DNA of 64,000 nucleotides from assembly GCF_006345805.1 (NCBI RefSeq), contig NC_043001.1:83080001-83144000 (forward strand). Direction: 5' to 3'. Below, in pieces: positions 39,891-52,870 of the stretch. A program made the position numbers and the translations under genes. Every line of letters starts with the position of its first letter. Position 1 is the stretch's first letter. Source of the stretch: Octopus sinensis (lineage: Eukaryota). The notes under the pieces were generated by a model, which made no database searches, was not told where the DNA came from, and saw only the letters and a program-made list of their open reading frames with translations.

Positions 39891-39950
39891 ATATATAATA
39901 TATATATATATATTGTGAAGTATATTTGCCACATAAATGTGGCTAACCCT
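39100..39950. repeat. (TA)n block with a ~385-bp tandem duplication
   Basis: Anchor AATTTCAACAA..GGCTGCTATTTCTAATGAGTTCA..TACTAAGCCC at ~39231 and ~39616. Confidence 0.8.
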
Positions 39951-40049
39951 TAAGGGTGGATGCTACTGTGGCTTGTAGCCCCAGGAGGACAAGCTACAGT
40001 ACCAACCACCCTTAAGGGTTAGCCACATTTAAGCGCACATATACTTCAC
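39915..40049. repeat. ~135-bp imperfect palindrome, MITE-like or fold-back remnant
   Basis: GTGAAGTATAT..AAATGTGGCTAACCCTTAAGGGTGG / CCACCCTTAAGGGTTAGCCACATTT..ATATACTTCAC; inner TACTGTGGCTTGT/ACAAGCTACAGTA. Confidence 0.85.
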
Positions 40050-40135
40050 GATGTCGTGCAGCTACTGTTTATAACTTGCTCAGAGATTTATTATATATAT
40101 ATATTTATATGTATATATAAGTTTATAAATATATG

Positions 40136-40209
<74 letters not shown>

Positions 40210-40431
40210 TTATATACATATATTTACATACTTATATATACATATAAATATATATACATATACACACATATACACATTCACATGCACATAAATACAATTA
40301 CACAAGAGGTTTGTGTACACAAATCTTTCCTTCTTCCGACTCGCTCCATCTAGGAGTCTGTTTGCCTGCCTGTCTGTCTATCTTTCTGTTTCTCCTATGA
40401 TCTATGTACCTATCTGTCTGTCTATGTCTGC

Positions 40432-40433
40432 TC

Positions 40434-40522
<89 letters not shown>

Positions 40523-40525
40523 CCA

Positions 40526-40611
<86 letters not shown>

Positions 40612-40622
40612 TTATCTATCTA
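40432..40622. repeat. (TCTA)n microsatellite
   Basis: About 47 units. Confidence 0.95.
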
Positions 40623-40898
40623 TCTGTATTGATGGCACTCTGCATATTTGTATATTTGTCGTTCCCAATATCTCGTTACAATTGCACATATACACTTGTA
40701 TATGTAACTATATGCTTGTATATATATCTAAAGAATAGATATGCTGAAATGAATGTTCAAAACTTTGAGAATTGTTGCTCCACGTCTCTTACTCTAAATA
40801 TCCATAATACATTTTACCATCCTACATACTTTAGTGAGTACCATTTCTTCTTTATCATTCTCTTTCCATTGGCGTTTCGGCATTATGTGTTTGCATGT

Positions 40899-40934
<36 letters not shown>

Positions 40935-41423
40935 ACACACGCGCGCACGCACACACACACACGTAATCACTTATCCACGAAGGCTATTGGTGACGACTAG
41001 CGAAATAAATTAACGCTTCCTTCTGATGAGCTGGGGTTATAGTGTGATTATGCAACAGTCTTTCTAACAATTATTTCGTAGCGTATTAGTATACAGTAGC
41101 GAGACATGTGTAAAGGTTATATAATTTCTGTTGTTATAATAAAAAAAAAATTGCAGCTGATAATCCAGTTTTATTCTGAGATCGTATGCATGTATGCACG
41201 CACACACACACACACATATATATGTGTATATATATATATACACATGTATATGCATATATAAACATTCATAAGTATGTATATATATATATATATTATATAT
41301 ATATATATAATATATATATATATATATAATATATATATATGTATATATGTGTATGTATATATACATGTGTATATATATGTGTGTATATCTATATGTATAT
41401 ATATATAATATATATATTATATA

Positions 41424-41467
<44 letters not shown>

Positions 41468-42135
41468 GCATATATAAACATATATATGTATATATATATA
41501 TGTATACATATGTATGTATATATACATATGTATATATATGTGTGTATATCTGTATGTATATATAATATATATATATTATGTTGCATTATTTTATATATAT
41601 GTGTGTGTGTGCACGTATGCGCATCGGGACTGATGGACTGATCTCACTGAAACATCATCTATTGTGCGACTATCGAGCAAAAGAGTCGTTATGGCTGCGG
41701 TTTAATGTTACCGCTTTTCTTTCTGAAAATTCAGGAATCACAATGGTAGAGAATTTATATATAAAAAATTAATCAGATAAAAGAGGTGAGAGAATAGATG
41801 TTTATTCCAGTTGGAATCTATTCTCTCACTACTACCTACCTACACACCTACCTACCTACCTACCTGCATACATACGTACATACATACATACATACATACA
41901 TACATACATACATACATACATACATACATACATACATACATACATACATACATACACACACATATATCTCTGTGTGTATATATATATACACATACATGGA
42001 TACACGCGTATGTATAAGCACACATAGACACAAATATCTATGTTAACTATATTTTATAAACATTATACTTGCATACGTACAGACACACGATGAATCCAAG
42101 CACAGATAAAGACTGAGGCACCAAACAGTTCTATC

Positions 42136-42187
<52 letters not shown>

Positions 42188-42287
42188 CATGCATACATAC
42201 ATACATACACATACATACATACATACATACATACATATCCCTGTGTCGATATATCAGAAACACATGAATTCATACATACACTCACAA

Positions 42288-42324
<37 letters not shown>

Positions 42325-42714
42325 TACACTCATTTACGTATTTTCACACTTACAAATGTATATCGATATCGTATTTATGTAACCTTTATTTGTTTATTCC
42401 CCACAGAACATGGCCATAAGTGTCTCTGCTGTAAATATTTGGAACAAATCCATGTCTAACAAATACGATGCAATGGTTATTGAAATCACTCGCTGGAACG
42501 TTGCTATTGTGTTCACTAACAGACATTTCTTTCAACCTTCATAAATTGTATTTGTTACAGCATAAAGGGATATAATTCAGACGAAGAAAAGAAGATACCA
42601 AAGTGGAGGATGGAGTCTGTTTATGGTCGGTAAACAAGTTAGAAATAGCAGCCAAATATTTATTGGAGTCACATCCGAGGAAGTCCGCGACAAAGACGGT
42701 TCCTCTTAAAATGC

Positions 42715-43298
42715 ACTATCTATCTAGCTATCCGCTCAGTCGAAGTCGACTCTTGGTTACTCGATGGATCAGTGTCCCCCAACCAGTTCTATCCTGGGTC
42801 ACTTCTTTCAGATTGGCTATGTCCATTCCCGTGTCACTCGTGATGGTGTCAAATCAGCGGGTTCTTGGTCGGCCTCTTTCTCTCTTGCCACTGACCATTC
42901 CGAGCATGATGTCCTTCTCCAGGGATTTTCTCCGCATAATATGACCAAAATTTGTCAATCTATGCTTGGTGATCCTAGCTTCTAGCGACAGTTTCGGCTT
43001 GATCTGGTTAAGAACTTCTCCATTGGTGAGCCTCACTGTCCATGGAATCCGTAAAAGTCTTCTCCAACACCAAAGCTCGAATGCATTCATTCTCTTCTGG
43101 TCATTTTTCTTTAGTGTCCAGGTCTCGCATCCATATGTTGCTATTGGGAAGACGATTGCATTCACCAATCTGCGTGTGGTACCGAGTCTGATGTCTCTAC
43201 TCTTCCAGACATTGCTCATGCTGACCATTGCCTCTCTGCCTAGTACTATCCGCTGCCTTATTTCTGGAGTGCAGTTACCATCTCGATTTATTTTGCAC
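42715..43298 (-). mobile_element. 5'-truncated RTE/BovB-like LINE 3' end
   Basis: EIRRRIVLGR..LVNAIVFPIATYGCETWTLKK..AFELWCWRRLLRIPW..FGHIMRRKSLEKDIMLGMVSGKRERGRPRTR; tail AAGAGTCGACTTCGACTGAGCGGA followed by (TAGA)n. Confidence 0.92.
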
Positions 43299-43582
43299 TA
43301 CGCCAGCTAAAAATATCTTGGAAGCACATTCAAGGATGCTCGAGACTAAGATGGAACCTGTCCCTGGTCTCTGTATCTGTTGTAAAGAGCAGCCAGATAT
43401 CCCTGGAAATACGCTCTATCGTGTGATTTTCTTTTTCCTTTTTATTTGTTAATAATGGATTTTTTGGATGATGTAGCATTAGCCATATCTGAATATAAGT
43501 CAAGAGGTTTTTGCCGGGAACGTCCCTGATTATGTGTCTAATCGGCCAATAACAAACAACAACAGCAACAGCGGCAGCAGCA

Positions 43583-43790
43583 ATGGCCCAGTGGTTAGGG
43601 CAGCAACAATGACCCAGTGGTTAGGGCAGCAGACTCGCGGTCGTAAGAACGCGGTTTCGATTCCCAGACCGGGTATCGTGAGTGTTTATTGGGCAAAAAC
43701 ACCTAAGCTCCACGAGGATCCAGCGGGGAGGGTGGTGACACCAGCTGTACTTCTTCTTCACTCTTTCTGCCACAAAGCAGAGGAACCATG
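43583..43790 (+). mobile_element. SINE family C, 5' part with duplicated A-box head
   Basis: CAATGRCCCAGTGGTTAGGGCAGCA occurs twice, then GGTTTCGATTCCCAGACCGGG. Confidence 0.8.
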
Positions 43791-44587
43791 GTGTAAACAT
43801 ACTATGGTGTGGTAAACATTCAGACCCTAGTCTAGATTGCGAATCCTCTGTACCCCAGGATGGTTCAGCTCTCCACCCGTTAAAAGCCACCGTTTACGGA
43901 ATGAGGATAACAACGTAACTTTTGCGCCCGTGCAACCGCCAGTCTATGGCGTGTGGTGGGTGGATCTTCAAGTTGCCGCACGCATTCTTAGTAGCTTAGA
44001 TCAGGCTCGAATTAGAGATTATTCTTTGTGGCCAATGGCGTGGGTCCTGATTGGAAGAAAAAGAAGAAGACAACAGCAACAGCAACAAGAACTACAGCAA
44101 CAATAACAACAACGACGACGACGACTCTGACTACGACAGAAACAGCTATTTAGTCAATTACTGTCGTAAACTTTACACATGTTTAATATATATAACTATC
44201 CAATTATCACGTGGATTTTATCTATAATAAATCGAACCTGTCAGCGTCTGACTTACCCCATATCAACGAATGTATGACTAAGTGCACCTGGTCAACTATC
44301 TGCTCCGTCGTAATTCGGCAAGTAATATAAATACTACACTCCACTGACGAAACCTTGCAATAGCGAAATCCCTCAGTTAATACCGTATTTGATGGCATAT
44401 AAGATGTACGTTATTTTGAAAACGTTGTTTCAAAAAAGTGTCTCGGTTCCTATAAGTGAAACTGGGTTTCCAATTGGCTAATTTTGTTTCTGACATTCAC
44501 TACTAAAAGCTAATTTTAATGTAGATGGGCTCTTCTCCCTAATCTGTCTCCGTGATAATGATGATGATGATGGTGATGATGATGATG

Positions 44588-44640
<53 letters not shown>

Positions 44641-44641
<1 letters not shown>

Positions 44642-45196
44642 GCCCTGATGCAGTACCAGGCAGTGGCTCTCATGGCTTCTGATCTTAACTGATTGGAAGT
44701 GTTATCATGTACATTGTTTTGTCTTGGTATAAAAGATGGGCTACAGCAAATATTCTGCTCAATACCACAGATTTGCTTGTCAGTTGTTTGACCTTAACCA
44801 GTTGAGCATGTCCCTTAGTGGCTGACGATATGTGCATCTCTGATCACTGGCAGAAGTAGTGGGGGAGCATCATAGCCATGTGTTGAGAGGGATTCTTTTG
44901 GGGTTTGAATAGTTCACCTCTGGAAACATGGGTGGTTCTTTCAACATCCTTAAACAACCCTTATTCAGGGACCGTTTGAGCGGGATGGGCTACTCAACCT
45001 GAAGAAAATTCTAACTGGGCCCCACCTGCAAGGTCATGTGCTGTTTATCTTGATATGAGATCACCATGTCGCGCACATATGGTTGTGATGCATGTGCCTG
45101 GTGTACCTTTATCAGACGGGTAGTCATGATGGGTATATTGGGCTTCGTATATTTTACCCCAGTGTCACTTTGATGGCATGAACTGCTCTCTCACTC
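44641..45196 (+). mobile_element. Unclassified ~555-bp non-coding element embedded in (TAA)n
   Basis: Complex sequence sharply bounded by (TAA)n on both sides; no ORF; interspersed-repeat status is inferred. Confidence 0.45.
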
Positions 45197-45214
45197 AATA
45201 ATAATAATAATAAT

Positions 45215-45600
45215 ATAGTTGTCAGAGATCATGAAGAAAAAAAAATGCTTTCTAATTGATGTATCAATATCAGCAGATGACAACGTTACTCTAAAAGAAA
45301 TGGAGAAACTTTCAAAATACAAAGACCTGGAAATAGAGGTAACCAGAATGTGGAATCTAAAAACAGAAGCAATTTCTATCATAGTAGGTGCATTAGGCAT
45401 GATAAAAAAATATTCAGACAAATACATAACAAACACACATAACATACAGAAAATTGCACTACTAGGCACTGCACACATCATACGCAGAACACTTTCCATA
45501 TAATAACCATCAGAGCATCACAACAAATCACAGCACATACCCAAGGCACACAGAGCTGCGCTCGGTAGTGAAGTGAAAGCACGCTATAAAAATAAAACTA

Positions 45601-45604
<4 letters not shown>
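45215..45604 (+). mobile_element. Dong/R4 LINE 3' fragment, same family as 29650-30650
   Basis: KKCFLIDVSI..EKLSKYKDLEIEVTRMW..ALLGTAHII; near-identical 3' UTR; (TAA)n tail; 15-nt deletion between ACAAA repeats. Confidence 0.92.
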
Positions 45605-45679
<75 letters not shown>

Positions 45680-46066
45680 GTTTCAAATTTTGGCACAAGG
45701 CCAGCAAGTTCATTTGGGAGATGTAAGTCGTGTACATCGACCCCAATGTTCGACTGGTACTTATTTTATCGACGCAAAGTTGACCCCTGCGGAATTTGAA
45801 CTCAGAACATAAAGACGGTTGAAATACCGCTAAGCATTTCACCCAGCATTCAAACGATTCCGCCAGCTCAACGCCTTAATAGTAATAATAATCCTTTCTA
45901 CGATAGGTACAAAGTATGAAATTTATTGGGAAGTGTGTAAGTCGATTACATCGACCCCAGAGCTCGACTGGTACTAATTTTATCGACTCTGAAAGGATGA
46001 AAGGCAAAGTCAACCTCAGTGGAATTTGAACTCAGAACGTAAAGATTCTGCCAGCTCGCCGCCTTC
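45680..46066 (-). mobile_element. Two SINE family B copies separated and flanked by (TAA)n
   Basis: Heads at ~45875 and ~46065. Confidence 0.85.
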
Positions 46067-47006
46067 GTAATAATAATAATATTTACTTAAACGTTATTAT
46101 CTATACAATAATATTTTCTACAATAGTTAAGGTACTTTTTAATGTACAGTTAGATTTCTTTAGATATTGTGTGATTTAACGCATTAAAAACTTTCTCCTT
46201 GAATAAACGCTTTTAGCCTCTGAAATTGCGGTGCATCTAATAGACTTCACTGTCGTTTATGCCATAAAATATTGTAAGCAAAAGCACATTACTGTTTAAT
46301 CTTCTGAATATCAACATAGTGTTCCAGTAGTATACGTGTCTATGATTTGAGTTGCCGAGATTATGTCTAAGTCAACCTTGTATTTCAGTTTTCCGGGTTC
46401 ACTAAGCAAAGAACCAGTTCAAGACAACAGTGACGTCTTAAGGCATGGACACCCTGTGCAGTCATCCGGGGGTCTCATTGATCTAAGGAACCAATTCTAA
46501 TCTATGTATGCTGTGGCTTACAGTGAATAAATAAATGATTTGAATTGCCCAGGGGTTCATCATGGTGGAATTTGTTTAAGGATCAGACGAGATGTCTTTG
46601 CAGTGTCACTGGAGTTCCTTCATTTACGGCGGCAACATCTGCGATGATAATGATGCCAAGCTGTGCCAACCGTTGCTTTTCGCTTGGACAACAGTGAAGA
46701 CATTGTAAGAAGAAACTTGTTTGGTTGTCCTTATAAAGAATCCTACTCAAGTTTGAACGTTGGAGAGAAAATTTCCAGGTTCAGATCTATATATAGTCTC
46801 ACATAACTTAAAGAGTCTCTAGTATGATCTGGATGGAATTTGAAACAAATTTAAAATGGCAGTATTTGTGTTTTTCCATCAGTGTTACTAGATAATTTTT
46901 ATAAAAATTTGCCAAAATTAATTAAAAAAATTAACGGTTAAAAAGTAGACTAAATTAAAATATAGTTAGCAAAGTATGCATTTATCTTTCCGCCTCTCTC
47001 TCTCTC

Positions 47007-47049
<43 letters not shown>

Positions 47050-47120
47050 TCATGTATGAATATGTATGTATGCATGTATGTATATATAGATATACATACA
47101 TACATATATATATATAATAT

Positions 47121-47197
<77 letters not shown>

Positions 47198-49182
47198 GCA
47201 TATATAAACGCACTTACAGACAGACACACACACACTCACGTACACACAAAGATTGTATCTAGGTCTATTCTAATTTGCTTTGATGATAATTTAATAGAAT
47301 GGTTTAATAGGATTCTTACCATTAAAAATTAAGTTTGAAGCCATCAAGAAATGTGCTCTCTCTTTAATTGATTTCTTCTTCATTTTTTGTGGAATGCGTC
47401 AGTTATATTTTAACATGGCTTCTTATCAGCAAATGTTTTGTTCGTAACAGATTACCAGTTTTAACACTGACAAGATTAGATCCGGCGCCAAACTAGTCCC
47501 CAGTTCTGTTTCGGTGGAGGCTACGCTTTGAAAACACGCTTTCAACCGTACCATTGTTTTAGTAGGATACTGTAAATAGTCAGCTCATATCCTGATAGAT
47601 TTGGCAATCTAGTTTCACCGCTTTAAACGTAAGTGTTGCAGTTCAGTACCAAAACGGAAATAGAGTTTTGATATTATTGAGACATATTCGAAAAAACTGA
47701 CTGACATCTTCCAACAACATTCGGTTCAGTGTGTTATATATCAAAAAAAATTTTTTAATGATATGCCTTTATTTGAGCACGTAAACATAAATTGATTAAA
47801 ATAAAGTAAAAAAGGGTAAAAGATTAGATTATTGAAAAATTACAGCGATCTTTCACATTAGAAAAATATAAGCGAAATCAGAAATCCACCACCGAAACAG
47901 CAACACTAAAATTCCTTCCACAAGAATACAAAGAAAAAGAAAAAGAGAACTAAGCAACGAAAGAAAGGGTAAGGTGTAGGTGGTAACAAGCTTTAAGCTA
48001 TGCCTAAATTTGAATCGTGTGTTCGGCTGCACCCCGCGGATATAATAGCAAAGGCATTGCCACGGGAAAAGGCCAGTGATACTCACTACAACAGTCACTC
48101 CACCTTGCGGGGCTCATTTCTCAGGTGGACAATTTTCATTCTGAATTTAAAGAGGAAATCATAAGTGCGGTGTCCGAAAACACCTGATATTTCTTTATTA
48201 TATTAGCAAGCGTCTACGAGTCACTCAACATGCTGAAAATAGCAGCCAACAACCTTTCGATTCGCTCTCTATCTTTTGAAATACAAAAGGATGCATTGAA
48301 AAATATTAAATTACTTGCCATTTTAAAAGGTAGCAAGTTAACGCTAAAATAAAATTTAATTTTAAACACCTGCTTTACCACTGATGATGAAGCTTGTCTC
48401 TCATAGGCAAACTGTAAACAAACAACGCCACCAACAATGCATGCCTGCCTGCCAGTGTTCCAATTCTGCATTCAATCATTCTAAAACACGTGACACATAC
48501 CAATATCTTTTACAACATGTTAATAATTTATAATTATCAAAATATTTTCACCTTCGAGTAATTTTAAGTAATATTGAAATTTCACATCGAAATTATTGGC
48601 AAAAATACATAAAATATTAATGTGCATGTGTAAGGAATTTGTTCGGAATATTATGTAATTGGTAGCACCGTATCGGCTATTGCACAATGTAATCAGCAAT
48701 AAATTCTCAATAATCCAATAAATTTCCATGGGAAGTAAAAGTTTGTGGACACTCACATTATTGACTTAGCTCTGTTTATGTATTACTTTTATAAACTACT
48801 TTGGTAGATTACTGCATTAAGCTATTTAATTCCATAATAGCTATTACAGTGCCATTGTGATTTGCTTTTCCAAGACAGTGCGTTCATTATACGTTATTAT
48901 TCAAAGCATTTAAGATTATGGTAGGGCAAATTCCATTTAATTTGTCTCTAAATTTTACTGATTGGCCAAATGTAATTGATACAAATGAAACAGTAAAGTA
49001 TAAGATTTTAGTCCCAAATTTTTAAGTAGCATCCTCGCCAAAAGCAAAAATAAAAAGAAAGAAAGAAAGAAAAAGGTATAGTAGCGTGCAGTTTAAAAAA
49101 ATAGTGTAATCCGCTATTCATACCCTAATACGGTAACCCTGTATACCGTATAATTAAGTGTAGGATTTAATATATATATATT

Positions 49183-49566
49183 GGATTGGAAGCACTCCGT
49201 CGGTTACGACGACGAGGGTTCCGGTTGATCCGAATCAACGGAACAGCCTGCTCGTGAAATTAACGTGTAAGTGGCTGAGCACTCCACAGACACGTGTACC
49301 CTTAACGTAGTTCTCGGGGATATTCAGCGTGACACAGAGAGTGACAAGGCCGGCCCTTTGAAATACAGGTACAACAGAAACAGGAAGTAAGAGTGAGAGA
49401 AAGTTGTGGTGAAAGAGTACAGCAGGGATCACCACCATTCCTGCCGGAGCCTCGTGGAGCTTTAGGTGTTTTCCCTCAATAAACACTCACAACGCCCGGT
49501 CTGGGAATCGAAACCGCGATCCTATGACCGTGAGTCCGCTGCCCTAACCACCGGGCCATTGCGCCT
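49183..49566 (-). mobile_element. SINE family C, full length, with RTE-like 3' tail
   Basis: tRNA-like head GGCCCGGTGGTTAGGGCAGCGG..GGTTTCGATTCCCAGACCGGGCG; tail GCAGGCTGTTCCGTTG..ACCCTCGTCGTCGTAACCGACGGAGTGC. Confidence 0.88.
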
Positions 49567-49664
49567 CCACATATATATATACTTAACGATTAGTTCACTA
49601 TTATTTCGGCGAGTGATAGGAAGCTATGTTTCATTGAGAAGACTTGAAGAAAAGGCGAAACATA

Positions 49665-50210
49665 TCTATAATAATAAAAGCGAAATTCTGTCTGTTCGTC
49701 TAGGACCCCTGTATCTCAGTCTACATTTGTTCTACGCAGACATATTATAACTTTTTGGAATCAGGATGATCCCGGCAGTGAAAATCTGTCCCTCATTTGG
49801 TTCTTTAACACCCAGCTTTGGGATCTGATTTAAAAGCATTTGGGGTACTATTTCTAGAATATAAAGCTTGGCTGATTCACACCATCTTGATTGCGTTTGT
49901 CAGATTACGTCAGAGATCAAGGGGGAGATAAATGACATTTGCTTCGTTAATTTTACATTGAGATAGGAAATTAGGGACAAATTGGCCAACAGCTGGAATT
50001 CGACTTGGGTCTGGAACAATACAATGATTGCATTACAAAATTAATCCTCATCTGTCCTTAACCTCTGATCAAACACCACCAGGTTATATAGTCGTTATAG
50101 ACACATTATAGTCATCCTATTTAGGCCTACTTAGTTTTGGGCCGCAGGATCAGTTAGCCTTCCGCAGGAGCTAGCTGAAAAGTCCACACGGAGCACGGCT
50201 TTTAAGCTAC
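49665..50210 (+). mobile_element. Possible non-autonomous Helitron
   Basis: 5' A|TCTATAATAATAAAAGCGAAATTCTGTCTGTTCGTC; 3' degenerate hairpin CCACACGGAGCACGG then AGCTAC (CTAG-like end). Confidence 0.45.
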
Positions 50211-50602
50211 TCATTAAATATACTTGAAACTACGTAAAATGCTCAACTCTTTTCCATGTTTTAATTACAATGTGTTGTTCAGTATCATTATTGTACTAAT
50301 TCGTTGTTCTCGCAACAAGGAACAGGAATTGAACTGTGTCTGGAACAAATAAAGTCCTACATAAGTAAAATCCTACCTTCACAAAACATTTTAGGGTTTA
50401 AGATCAGTCAAAAGCACCAAATTTGTAAGTAAGAATTACAGGGTTGTTATTCTGGTGATGATATTGATGTAATGCTGTGTAACACATCTTGTTCTGACGC
50501 TGTTGCTGGTGTAGAGTTATTATTATTGTGATACTTATGTGGTATTACGGAGATGTACTTGCATAGCAAGTGATTTGATCTGAGATCGTGTGCTGGAACG
50601 AA

Positions 50603-50865
50603 AACAATTGCAGCGTGGAAGGTGTTTGTAAGCCATTTAAGAAACACACAAAAGCCGTTCGATTCACTTCAACGTTTAAGTTTAATTTGTCAAAATATTT
50701 TCGTCGCTATAAGATCGCGACCTGTTCACTGATAAAAATCCGTGCTGCCGCAGTCTTATAGCGACGAAAATATTTTGACAAATTAAACTTAAACGTTGAA
50801 GTGAATCGAACGGCTTTTGCGTGTTTCGTAAATGGCTTACAAACACCTTCCACGCTGCAATTGTT
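50603..50865. repeat. Inverted repeat, 112-bp arms, 39-bp spacer, PLE-terminus-like
   Basis: Arms 50603-50714 and 50754-50865, two mismatches seen. Confidence 0.95.
50686..50736 (-). ncRNA. Minimal type I hammerhead with G3-C8 core swap
   Basis: Stem I UUUAUCA/UGACAAA (one A-C); core GUGAACA; extra G; stem II GUCGC/GCGAC; GAAA; palindromic AAAUAUUU stem III; UUU triplet. Confidence 0.6.
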
Positions 50866-51233
50866 ATGTGGTACTATTGTGGTAGTAGTGTTGTGATGAT
50901 ATTGTCATCTCGGTTGTGTTACGACGGTGTTCTGGAAGTGACACATTATGATATTGTCATCAAAGAAATGATACGGTGGAATTTTTGTGGTGCAGTTGAT
51001 TAGCGAAGAAAATAGGGTACTTCTACTCTGGGGGTGGTCAACAACTGCGAAAGGTCTTGTCAGAGGAAAACCGTCTTATTTACTGGACATCGAAAGAATT
51101 AAAAAATTAGGTTTATATTCTCATAATTTCCTATCACAGCAAAGTTATTTTTTAACATATGTGCGTATATATGTATGCTTGCATGTGAGAAAGTGCATGC
51201 ATATGTATGTGTGTGCCTGTGTGTGTGTGTGTT

Positions 51234-51289
<56 letters not shown>

Positions 51290-51697
51290 CATATATGTGT
51301 GTATTGTTGGTGTTGGCAAAAATATGTGAAAAACATCGTGAATTTAAAATTTGAAGAACCGGCAGCAATGTAGAATTCTTTGTATTTATAAACAAAAATA
51401 TTGATTTTAAAAACGTCTTTTAAAAAATGCACTTATACAGCCTTCTTTGCCGTCACACACACACACATCCACACAGAGACACACACATAGATACAACACA
51501 CACATATGGTTACATATATATCATATAATGCATATATACATGTATGTGTGTGTGTGTGTGTGTGTCCATGCATGTGTGATGTATATATATATATATATAG
51601 GTATGTGCGTGTATAAATATGCGTGTGTGTAAAATTGTTAGAAAAGATTGTAGCGTTTTTCAATTGGTAATGTTTAATCACGTGACAAGAACATTTG

Positions 51698-51730
<33 letters not shown>

Positions 51731-52015
51731 GTCATAAAAACACTGTATATTTAAACACATGAGGAATCCACTCATGGGATTCAACACGCTAGAAAGAACA
51801 GCTAGTTTCTATAACCACAAAATTAGGGATAAAATTCGACAAGAACGAAATGAAAAATAAAACCATTTTACCATCTAGTTTCCTGCACCAATTGGTTTCT
51901 GATTTTAGTTTAGCAAGTGAATGAATAACATATACACTCGCCAAGAACCAGTGGGGCTGGGGATATATGTTCGACAGTTACCATTTGGTCTTAACATTTT
52001 TTTTTGTTTTTTTCA

Positions 52016-52472
52016 CTTCATGTGAAGCCATGGTACTGTGGACGATAGAGCATCGTGTGTTTGCCTACGACAGTTATTCGTCAGACAAGCTTTGATACGG
52101 AGTCCGAATCGCTCGGCTCGGAGGCATTGCACTGAACTTGGCATCGGTAATCGATCAGTAAGGCGTATTTTGCATGAAGATCTGCATTTCCACCCGTACA
52201 AATTGGTCATTGGGCAACAGTTAAAACCATGGGACTATGCACATAGTAATGCTGGAAAGTGTGCAGGCCAACTTCCAAGAAGGCCTTCAGGAATACATCA
52301 ATGTAAACGCACACCACATGATGGATGTTGTTTTCCACACTTGATTTTGACAAATGCTAATTCAATACGAACATATTGATGTCAGTAAGATTTGTTTGCT
52401 TTTAAAATTAATGATTTTGTGTATTTTTCAAAAACGTCCGTCCTGTCTGCTCCACTCCATACATGTTTGCCT
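52016..52472 (+). mobile_element. Internally deleted Tc1/mariner-superfamily element
   Basis: MVLWTIEHRVFAYDSY; RSPNRSARR..SVRRILHEDLHFHPYKL..QQL; C-terminal VQANFQE..HHMMDVVFHT*. Confidence 0.75.
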
Positions 52473-52561
52473 CTCGGAGTGAAACGTTACTGCGGAGATA
52501 ACAGTAAAATATGACCGGCTTATCTGCGTATTTAATGTATTATTTCTATATTTGTAAATAT

Positions 52562-52870
52562 GTATGGCTCAGTGGTTAGAACGTCGAGCATATGATCGTG
52601 AGACTGTGAGCTCGATTCCAGGATTTGGGCTGTTTTGTGTTCTTGAGCAAAACCTTTTATTTTCACGTTGCTCCAGTTCACTCACTTGTAGAAACGAGTT
52701 GTGACGTCACTGGTGCCAAGCTGTATCGGCCATTGTCTTTCCCTTGGATGGGAGGTTGGTATGCTTTGGCCATTGCTGGTCTTCCATAAACCAACCTTGT
52801 CCAGACTTGTGCTTCGGAGAACATTCTTGGTGCAATTCCTTGGTCATTCATGACCGAAGGATGTCTTTAC
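52562..52870 (+). mobile_element. tRNA-derived SINE family D, CORE-like
   Basis: A-box TGGCTCAGTGG, B-box-like GAGCTCGATTCC, GTGTTCTTGAGCAA..TTTCACGTTGCTCCAG. Confidence 0.65.

Noticed and set aside
40985-41090. CTGATGA hammerhead core with an upstream GAAA
   Set aside because: Stem II can be drawn but stems I and III do not form in type I or type II topology; at most a heavily decayed remnant.
43300-43530. Exon-like ORF (AKNILEAHSRMLETKMEPVPGLC..)
   Set aside because: The opposite strand resembles a decayed LINE RT segment (IW..P..SII..KGK..GIS) adjoining the RTE copy; no donor site; not supportable as a host exon.
44340-44380. CTGACGA..GAAA spacing
   Set aside because: No stem I, II or III pairing.
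48030-48190. Splice-like signals on both strands (GTGAGT donor; VDNFHSEFKEEIISAVSENT*)
   Set aside because: The candidate minus-strand exon has stops in all frames and the plus-strand peptide is short and unrecognised.
49490-49566. tRNA-like sequence here and at other SINE heads
   Set aside because: A and B boxes are present but run directly into SINE bodies and no clean cloverleaf was obtained; these are SINE heads, not tRNA genes.
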